Origin: an archaeon
GTDB taxonomy: Archaea; Micrarchaeota; Micrarchaeia; Anstonellales; Anstonellaceae
Length of the DNA stretch: 50,133 nt
Reading direction: 5' to 3'
Assembly: GCA_020056305.1 (NCBI GenBank)
Contig: JAGVIA010000016.1
Location: 1-50,133, forward strand
Below, piece by piece: positions 43,766 through 50,133 of this stretch. Position numbers and translations under genes: made by a program. Under the pieces are notes generated by a model. It was not told the DNA's origin. It saw nothing but the letters and a program-made list of their open reading frames with translations, and searched no databases. Numbering within the stretch: the stretch's first letter is position 1; every line of letters starts with the position of its first letter.

Positions 43766-46270
43766 ATGGCAAAAATACGCACCGGGATAATAGGCGTCGG
43801 CAACTGCTTTGCAGGGCTTGCGCAGGGAATCGAATTCTACAAGAGGCAGCCGGAAAAGAAAGTGGTCGGGCTGATGCACGAGAAAATAGGCGGCTATTCC
43901 TGGGAAGACCTGGAATTCTCCTGCGCGTTCGACGTTGGCAAGTCAAAGGTCGGCCTGCCCCTGCACAAGGCGATATACGCCGAGCCAAACCTGGTTTTCT
44001 GGCTAAAGGATCTTCCAAAGTCAGACACCATTGTGATGGAAGCCCCGGTGCTTGACGGCGTTGGCATCTGGGTGCAGAACAAGGTGGACCCGATTAAAAG
44101 CAAAAAAACAGACGCGCAGCTCCGCAAGGAGATAATTGCCGAAATAAAGCGCACGAAGACCGAAATACTTGTCAATTACCTGCCTGTCGGCTCGCAGAAA
44201 TCCACGGAGTTCTGGGCGCAAATTGCCCTTGAATGCGGCTGCGCGTTTGTGAACTGCATCCCGGTTTTCATCGCAAGCGATGCGGCATGGGAAGCCAAAT
44301 TCAAAAAAGCAGGAGTGCCACTTATCGGCGACGACATAAAGGCTCAGGTGGGCGCAACAATAGTGCACCGCACGCTCGCAAGATTGTGCGACGACAGGGG
44401 AGCAAGAATAATTAAAACATACCAAATTAACATTGGCGGAAACAGCGTTGCCGGCGACCAGGAAATACTGCTGGTGCAAAATGGAAAACTCGCGCGGGCA
44501 AGAATAGGCGATTTTGTGGACAGAATGATGGCGGTATACGGCCAACGCAGGGCGGATGGGAAGGAAGAAGTCGACACGTCTGCAACGGGCCAAAAGATTG
44601 AGTGCTTTACCATAGATGAAAATTTCAACGCGGTCACTGCGGAAGTCTCTCACCTCGTAAGGCATTCGCTGAACAATGAACTCTACGAAATCGAAACTAG
44701 CGAAGGAAGGAAAATCAAGATAACCGCAGACCACAACGTGTTTGTCCTAAATGAAGATGGCGGGCTTCTGGAAGCCCCCATCTCAAAGCTCAAAGAAAAG
44801 GAAAGCATGATAGCCGTGCCCTGCCGCCTGCCAATGCAAATGGGGCGCGAGCCTGTCTCAATCAGCCTGCTTCCATACGCAAAAGACCTGTTTGCTCAGG
44901 GCATAGACTCAAACGGCAACATCAAAGTCCACAACCATCCGGAAATGAAAATACCAATGGAGCTTCAAATAACCGACGAGCTTCTCCAGATAAGCGGGCT
45001 TTGGCTTGCAGACGGCAGCTTTGACCGCGAAGGCTCAAGCAACTTGGAGATTGCCTGCGGAAACGACGAAGAGTGCATGGATTTGATAGATGATTTTGCA
45101 TCTGCGTACAACATCAACTACCAAGTAAGGGGGCAAAAGCAGGTTGCAGTGCGCCTGATGTCAAAAACCATGTCAAAAATATTCCGCCTGGCGCTGGGAT
45201 TAGGCGGCAATTCCTACACCAAGCGCGTGCCAGACTGGTTCTTCAGCCTATCCGAGAGGCATATCGCACTTGTGCTTCGCGGCTACATGAGCGGCGATGG
45301 CACCGTAACCGGCAGGCAGATTCGCTGGACAACCGCATCCGAGGGCCTGGCAGAGGACATGCGCACGCTCCTTCTGCGCCTGGGCATAAACTCCTCAACA
45401 TTCAGAGAGGATTACTCGCACAAGGCAGGCAAAAGCTCATACAAGACAAACCTGCCATACATAACGCACGGCATAATATCCTCGAAAGAGGATGCGGAAA
45501 GATTCATCGAGAAGGTAGGTTTCATCCAGTCCAGCAAAAACCAGAAAGCGCTTGCAGCTGCGGCCACGCTCACAAAGGGCAATACGCATCTCATCCCCGC
45601 AATAGGGCTTCTCTCGGAATCCGGCATAAAATCTTCAAATCCGCATAACCCGCCATCGCTGCGCGCGCATACTGTCCTCTCCCAACTGGACGGGGTGCAG
45701 GACTTGAACACCAAGGGCAAAATAAGGAACATGTGCAACGCAGACACGCGCTTTCTAAAGATAAAATCCATTCGCAGGCTTCCCCCCAAGCAGCAGTATG
45801 TCTACGATCTGTCCGTGCCCGGCTACCAGCGCTTTGTCTGCTCAAACATCCTTGTGCACAATACCGATTTCCTCAACATGAAGGAGCAGGAGCGGCTTGC
45901 CTCAAAGCGCATAAGCAAAACCGAATCAGTGCAAAGCCAGCTGCGCGAGCGCCTTCCGCCTGAAAACATCTACATAGGCCCGTCTGATTTCATCCCTTTT
46001 TTGGGCAACACAAAAATAATGTTCATGAGGATAGAAGGCCACATGTGGGCTGACATCCCGTTCAACATGGAAGTGCGCCTTGAAGTGGATGACAAGGCGA
46101 ATTCAGCTGGCGTTGTCATTGATGCTGTGCGCTGCGCAAAGCTTGCCTTGGAGCGAAAGCAGGGCGGCGCAATCATCCCGACCTCTGCATATTTCATGAA
46201 GCACCCGCCGGTGCAGATGACCGACCCAAAAGCAATGGAAGAGACGGAGAAATTCATAATGGGGAAATAG
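43766..46270 (+). CDS. myo-Inositol-1-phosphate synthase (archaeal short type) interrupted by an intein
   Basis: The N-extein is MAKIRTGIIGVGNCFAGLAQGIEFY...YQINIGGN. The C-extein is TDFLNMKEQERLASKRISKTESVQS... The exteins sum to 361 aa, a normal length for archaeal MIPS. Confidence 0.85.
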   Translation: MAKIRTGIIGVGNCFAGLAQGIEFYKRQPEKKVVGLMHEKIGGYSWEDLEFSCAFDVGKSKVGLPLHKAIYAEPNLVFWLKDLPKSDTIVMEAPVLDGVGIWVQNKVDPIKSKKTDAQLRKEIIAEIKRTKTEILVNYLPVGSQKSTEFWAQIALECGCAFVNCIPVFIASDAAWEAKFKKAGVPLIGDDIKAQVGATIVHRTLARLCDDRGARIIKTYQINIGGNSVAGDQEILLVQNGKLARARIGDFVDRMMAVYGQRRADGKEEVDTSATGQKIECFTIDENFNAVTAEVSHLVRHSLNNELYEIETSEGRKIKITADHNVFVLNEDGGLLEAPISKLKEKESMIAVPCRLPMQMGREPVSISLLPYAKDLFAQGIDSNGNIKVHNHPEMKIPMELQITDELLQISGLWLADGSFDREGSSNLEIACGNDEECMDLIDDFASAYNINYQVRGQKQVAVRLMSKTMSKIFRLALGLGGNSYTKRVPDWFFSLSERHIALVLRGYMSGDGTVTGRQIRWTTASEGLAEDMRTLLLRLGINSSTFREDYSHKAGKSSYKTNLPYITHGIISSKEDAERFIEKVGFIQSSKNQKALAAAATLTKGNTHLIPAIGLLSESGIKSSNPHNPPSLRAHTVLSQLDGVQDLNTKGKIRNMCNADTRFLKIKSIRRLPPKQQYVYDLSVPGYQRFVCSNILVHNTDFLNMKEQERLASKRISKTESVQSQLRERLPPENIYIGPSDFIPFLGNTKIMFMRIEGHMWADIPFNMEVRLEVDDKANSAGVVIDAVRCAKLALERKQGGAIIPTSAYFMKHPPVQMTDPKAMEETEKFIMGK
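44444..45862 (+). mobile_element. Intein (473 aa) with a LAGLIDADG-type homing-endonuclease domain
   Basis: It starts with Ser (SVAGDQEILLV, block A). Block B is a TxxH (KITADHNVFV). Two LAGLIDADG-like motifs are present (GLWLADGSF and RGYMSGDGTV). It ends VYDLSVPGYQRFVCSNILVHN, followed by Thr at +1. Confidence 0.85.
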
Positions 46271-46347
46271 GGAATGCGGCGCCAAATGGAAAATGTGCAG
46301 CCGGACGAGACTGGCAATAATCCGCCCTGCTGCTTTGCGTGATAAAC

Positions 46348-46947
46348 ATGCTCAAGGAAAAATTCTCTGGATTGCAATCAAGCGCAGGAAAAGCACTATC
46401 TTTCCTGCCTTTTACGCCAAACCAGCTCACTGCAATTTCCGTCCTCTTTGCAATCGCCTGTTTTTTCTTCCTTGCAACCCAGCAACTTATCCTTGCCATC
46501 ATCTGTTTCCTTGCAGCAGTTCTCCTTGACATGATAGATGGTGCAATCGCGCGCGAAAAGAAGATGGCAAGCGCAAAAGGCGCCTTTCTTGACGGCGTAG
46601 CGGACCGCCTCGTGGAGTTTTTCGTGCTATTCGGGCTTGTTTTTTACGATTTGCCAAATTTCATTCTGCCCGCATTTCTCTGGCTCTTTGTAATCGTATT
46701 TTTCGGAAGCGCAATGACCGCCTTTTGCAAGGCGTATGCGGATCATCGCGGCGCGCTCTCAAAGGAAAAGCTTGCGCGCTTTGGGGGGATGTTCAACCGG
46801 CCTGAGCGCATGGCAATGATTTTCCTCGTGCTTCTTGCCGCAGGCTTCATGCCCGCAGCTGCAACGGCGCTTCTTGCAATAACGGCGGCGCTCTCAGTGA
46901 TGTCAGTTGCTGAAATTATTCTATATGTTTGGATTTCGTCGGAATGA
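46348..46947 (+). CDS. CDP-alcohol phosphatidyltransferase; probable archaetidylinositol-phosphate synthase
   Basis: The motif DMIDGAIAR-x8-GAFLDGVADR is the D-G-x2-A-R...G-x3-D-x3-D signature. It is a multi-pass membrane protein and lies directly downstream of MIPS. The start is ATG 46348; the track uses GTG 46339. Confidence 0.8.
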   Translation: MLKEKFSGLQSSAGKALSFLPFTPNQLTAISVLFAIACFFFLATQQLILAIICFLAAVLLDMIDGAIAREKKMASAKGAFLDGVADRLVEFFVLFGLVFYDLPNFILPAFLWLFVIVFFGSAMTAFCKAYADHRGALSKEKLARFGGMFNRPERMAMIFLVLLAAGFMPAAATALLAITAALSVMSVAEIILYVWISSE

Positions 46948-46981
46948 GACGCAAGGCCTTCGGCAGAAACCGTCCTCCTCC

Positions 46982-47413
46982 CTATTTGCTTGCCGGGCTT
47001 TCTTTGATCGGTTTCAACCTAAGGGTTTTTTGGGCAGGGGGATTGGGCCGTTGGGATTTCAAACTATCCGCCTGCTCCTGCATTTTCTTCAGCCTCTCCA
47101 ACCAGCCCTCTTGCTTCTGGTACGTATGTTCCAGGAAATCACTGGCATACGAGGGAATTTTATGCGGGATTATGCTCGCCAGATCGTTGACCTTCTTGTA
47201 TTCCCTTTTCAGCATTTCCAATAATTCCGCCTTTGTTCTCCCTTCAGCTAACGGCTCTCCCTGATAGAAAACAGCCACGATTTTGGTTCCGTCGGGAAGT
47301 TTTTGCCTTGCAAATTGGAACAATATCTGCCCGATATCTTCGTCCGACAGCGGCTCTCTCGATTTAGGTCCCATCCTGATTACATCTAATTTACATCCTA
47401 AATATACCTTCAC
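46982..47413 (-). CDS. Hypothetical protein
   Basis: 143-aa ORF starting at GTG 47413, with an alternative ATG at 47374. I recognise no family. Confidence 0.4.
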   Translation of the reverse strand: MKVYLGCKLDVIRMGPKSREPLSDEDIGQILFQFARQKLPDGTKIVAVFYQGEPLAEGRTKAELLEMLKREYKKVNDLASIIPHKIPSYASDFLEHTYQKQEGWLERLKKMQEQADSLKSQRPNPPAQKTLRLKPIKESPASK

Positions 47414-47436
47414 AATGCTCGGCGCAGCCAGATTTC

Positions 47437-48984
47437 TTATCCAGCCTGCTTGTAAAGAAGGCCTCTTCCTTTTTGCGTAAGGCGGTAAAATACGAATTTC
47501 TTGCCCGGCTCCTCCATGCGCTCAACAAGCCCGGCATCAATGAGCTTGTCAAGGTGCTCAACAATAGTCGCCTTGCTCCGCTTCAGCCTCCTGCTCAAGT
47601 CTGTTGGTATCTTTTCGCTTTGCACAAGCTCGTTTAGTATGCCAAGCCTAGTCTCGTTCATGAGCATGCGCGTGGACTCCACCTGCTCGGCAGCAGGCGC
47701 GCGGAACATGAGCACCGCAATCAGTGCAAGCGCAATTGCAAATACTGCGATAACTGGCGCAATAATCGCCAGCGGAAACTCATCCTTTTTCTGCCCAGAA
47801 GCTGCATCGGCAGCGCTTTTGTCAGCCATGCCAAATGCAGGCACGCCTAACTTCTCCGAGCCCACATCCCCTGTTTCCTGCGCAGGCTGCGGAGCCCGTG
47901 CAGGCGTTTCCACCTGCGGCACTGCACCAGTGCCTGACCGGAACCCGCTGTCGGAAAACAACACCGAGCCGTCCGTCGCATCAATGACAACGCGCGCGTC
48001 AATAGGCCTGTAGCGCTCGCCTTGATAATTGCCCTTTTGGCCGAACACCCATGCAAGCCTCATCCTGCCATTTTGGTAATCATACCAGTATGCAAGCACC
48101 GAATCCATGCCGGCTGCATCAAAATAGCCCCCCCATTCTGATGCGCTGCCTATGGCTGTAAGCCTTGCATTGCCCTCTGCAATGGCAGGCGTTGTCCCAA
48201 GCAGCGCAAAATCAAAGTATCTGGCACTGTCGCATTGGCTCTTTGCAATTCCCTGCGGCACTACCAGATAGCATAGCCCCTGCATTTTTCCATTAAGGAA
48301 ATGTGCCTTTGCCTCGTACATCAGAATCGGGATGCCCTTGTATTGTTGGGCAAAGAAAACAGTTGACACTTCCCGCCCGCTGCAGTTCTCGTACCTCACT
48401 CCGCTCACTTCAGTTGAAAGCCCGTTTCCAGAAAGGTTTGAAATTGAAAATCCGTTCGGGTTGAGCAACCCCTCAACAAACGAGATTTTGTTGCCAGCCG
48501 GGAGCGTTGAATCGCATACGGCGGGTTTGGGCGGCGTTGCCGAAGACGCATCAAGGCAGTTGCCAACAATTGAGAAATTGGGCGCGTTATCTATGTGCAT
48601 CCACGAAAGCGGAAACACGAATTCTTGTTCTGGCGAATTAAGCTCAACAGACCTGTAATAGGTATCCGGGGTCCTGTAATTAGTCACATTCCAAACCTCA
48701 ATCTGCTTCTGGCCATAGGCTAGGTCGAATACGGCATTTCCATCAACTGCTGTTTTGGCGTTCCTAGTTCCAAGAAGACGCCCATCAGCAGCTTCTGTGA
48801 CCTTTACATCTGCGTTTGCTATGCACTGGCCTGTGGAATTGTCAATTACCCTTACAACGAGTGTTCCATGCAAAGACGGAGGTGGCGCGTCTTCACTCCC
48901 GTTTCCTTCCACCAGCTGTGCCGTTGCTGCTTGCAGCATGAGCAGCATGCTAAGAAAAATCACGAGGAGGTCTCTTTTTACCAT
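47437..48984 (-). CDS. Single-pass membrane protein with an extracytoplasmic domain and a cytoplasmic C-terminal ArsR-like wHTH
   Basis: The signal peptide is MVKRDLLVIFLSMLLMLQAATAQ. A CarboxypepD_reg-like segment (GTLVVRVIDNSTGQCIANADVKVTE...DGNAVFDL) is present. The TM segment is LAIIAPVIAVFAIALALIAVLMF. It is followed by ETRLGILNELVQSEKIPTDLSRRLKRSKATIVEHLDKLIDAGLVERMEEPGKKFVFYRLT. Confidence 0.75.
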   Translation of the reverse strand: MVKRDLLVIFLSMLLMLQAATAQLVEGNGSEDAPPPSLHGTLVVRVIDNSTGQCIANADVKVTEAADGRLLGTRNAKTAVDGNAVFDLAYGQKQIEVWNVTNYRTPDTYYRSVELNSPEQEFVFPLSWMHIDNAPNFSIVGNCLDASSATPPKPAVCDSTLPAGNKISFVEGLLNPNGFSISNLSGNGLSTEVSGVRYENCSGREVSTVFFAQQYKGIPILMYEAKAHFLNGKMQGLCYLVVPQGIAKSQCDSARYFDFALLGTTPAIAEGNARLTAIGSASEWGGYFDAAGMDSVLAYWYDYQNGRMRLAWVFGQKGNYQGERYRPIDARVVIDATDGSVLFSDSGFRSGTGAVPQVETPARAPQPAQETGDVGSEKLGVPAFGMADKSAADAASGQKKDEFPLAIIAPVIAVFAIALALIAVLMFRAPAAEQVESTRMLMNETRLGILNELVQSEKIPTDLSRRLKRSKATIVEHLDKLIDAGLVERMEEPGKKFVFYRLTQKGRGLLYKQAG

Positions 48985-49038
48985 GGCTAAAAGTAGCGTT
49001 TATTGCCTTATAAAATCGTTCGGTTATTGTTCGGTCAG

Positions 49039-49191
49039 CATCGAGCGAAGCTCGATGTCTGATGCATTTTGCGGAACGCCGCAAAATGCACATCCCATAA
49101 GGGCACAGTATATTCACGGGCCCCCCTGAGGGGTTCATACAGTCGAACGGCGAACCGTTCGACTTATGAACAAGTCGAGCGAAGCTCGACT
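49039..49191. repeat. Cluster of four perfect hairpins flanking motif copy B
   Basis: The hairpins are:
- catcgagc-gaa-gctcgatg (49039-49057)
- gcattttgcgg-aacg-ccgcaaaatgc (49064-49089)
- agtcgaacgg-cgaa-ccgttcgact (49141-49164)
- agtcgagc-gaa-gctcgact (49173-49191)
The last two extend through gttcata/tatgaac and tgaaca/tgttca outer arms. Confidence 0.85.
49093..49137. repeat. Copy B of the roughly 45-nt motif shared with 32452-32495
   Basis: See copy A. The 14-nt and 17-nt flanking blocks are near-identical, with 1 mismatch in the 17-nt block. The central spacer diverges. Confidence 0.7.
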
Positions 49192-49376
49192 CTGTTCACC
49201 CCCAAGGGAAACATAGAATTTGCTCACACTGCCAATTTGATGCCCTCTCCAAAAACCATCTTCCTGCCTGCGGTCAATGAAAACACTGGCAGTTGAACGG
49301 CGGCGATGGGGGCATGGCTTTAGCGATCGATGCAACCAACCCCTTTTTATTTTATTTTAACTTTAATCCTCCTTCG

Positions 49377-50084
49377 ATGGGCGGTCTTATGGCAACTGAG
49401 GAAGGGTATCGGGTTTCCTTTGTTTATGAGAAGGGCGGGCAAGAATGCGTTACGCAAAGGAAGGACTTTTCAATAGGCGAGACCTTTGCAAAGGCCCTTG
49501 GCAGCCTCTCGCTGGATTTGGCTTCACTCAAAATGGCCGCCCTGCTTGCAAGGAAGCTTGTTTCCTACTACTCCAGGAATTTCGAGGAGCACAACAGGAT
49601 AAATGAGAGAATCTGGGCCTGCCTGATAGCAAAATATTACGGTCTTGGCGAGGCAGGCAAAATCAGGATAAAAAAATACAGGCTGCATATCGCGGGCATG
49701 GAGCTTGAATTTGAGCATTCTGCAGCCTCTCTCGTAATGAGCAATGGCATCATAATCCATGACGAGTACGGCGTGCGCAAAAGCACTGGCGCCATAGGGG
49801 GCAAGACGGTCATCGATGCCGGAGCCAACGTTGGCGTCTTTTCAGCCTATGCTGCCCTGTGCGGCGCAAGGAAGGTGTATGCATTCGAGCCAGTCAAAGA
49901 AACTTTCGATGTGCTGGTGCAGAACATAAAACACAACGGCTTGGAGGCAAGCGTAATTCCGCTCAATGCCGGTCTTGGGGAGAGAACGGAAGAGGCAGAG
50001 CTCCATTTCGATTCAGCAGGAGACCTTGGCGCGACTTTTAGTTGCCTAGGCGCGGGAAACCCAATGCCTTCAGGCATTGGATGA
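49377..50084 (+). CDS. FkbM-family (Methyltransf_21) SAM-dependent methyltransferase, apparently C-terminally short
   Basis: The sequence VIDAGANVGVFSAYAALCGARKVYAFEPVKETFDVLVQNI...LNAGLG is typical of the family. The start is uncertain (49377 or 49389). The stop at 50084 comes earlier than expected for the family. Confidence 0.65.
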   Translation: MGGLMATEEGYRVSFVYEKGGQECVTQRKDFSIGETFAKALGSLSLDLASLKMAALLARKLVSYYSRNFEEHNRINERIWACLIAKYYGLGEAGKIRIKKYRLHIAGMELEFEHSAASLVMSNGIIIHDEYGVRKSTGAIGGKTVIDAGANVGVFSAYAALCGARKVYAFEPVKETFDVLVQNIKHNGLEASVIPLNAGLGERTEEAELHFDSAGDLGATFSCLGAGNPMPSGIG

Positions 50085-50133
50085 AAGCGCCCCAGTCTTA
50101 TTCTCAAAAGAAGATTTCTTGCCAGCAGGGGAA

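Noticed and set aside
32452-49137. The block between the two motif copies could be an integrated mobile element or genomic island.
   Set aside because: No integrase, transposase or conjugation gene is present inside the block. It contains core-type genes (AK6/Fap7, MIPS and the archaetidylinositol-type synthase), and the repeats are only partially identical. I keep this as a low-probability alternative under the motif finding.
48950-49296. Track ORFs 48950-49138 (minus strand) and 49069-49296 (plus strand) cross the hairpin cluster.
   Set aside because: Both are composed largely of palindromic hairpin arms, and the same sequence is readable on both strands. They have no start context. The region is better explained as structured non-coding sequence.

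Overview
The window looks like a gene-dense archaeal chromosome segment, moderately GC-rich by eye. The archaeal call rests on DUF63, a DRG-type GTPase, an AK6/Fap7-type kinase, a RecJ/GAN-like DHH protein, an AglH-like GlcNAc-1-P transferase, an archaetidylinositol-type CDP-alcohol transferase, and A/T-rich TATA boxes about 25 nt upstream of many start codons. No rRNA, tRNA or CRISPR array could be supported.

Recognisable housekeeping genes are rtcA, pyrB-pyrI, prs, a DRG GTPase, the membrane H+-pyrophosphatase, a DsbA-like oxidoreductase, an Fcf1-like PIN protein, a flavin reductase and a RecJ-like protein.

Three parts are less ordinary:
- A glycosylation cluster at 1988-6557.
- Several very large predicted cell-surface proteins.
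- A four-gene envelope cassette at 35274-43663. A roughly 1490-aa secreted protein carries about 130 N-x-S/T sequons and has no anchor. A roughly 430-aa C-terminally anchored partner follows it. Two cysteine-bearing paralogues bracket the pair. This layout resembles the SlaA/SlaB two-component S-layer without recognisable sequence similarity, and it is my best candidate for an undescribed system.

Other notable signals:
- A 473-aa LAGLIDADG-type intein splits the conserved GGN/TDF motif of myo-inositol-1-phosphate synthase.
- A perfect 25-nt palindrome lies over that gene's TATA box.
- A family of short GC-rich hairpins with GAA/CGAA loops recurs at four or more loci, including inside ORF ends.
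- A roughly 45-nt motif is shared by the two divergent intergenic regions upstream of two membrane-anchored wHTH regulator genes.

All functional calls come from reading the translated ORFs for family motifs. No database search was run.
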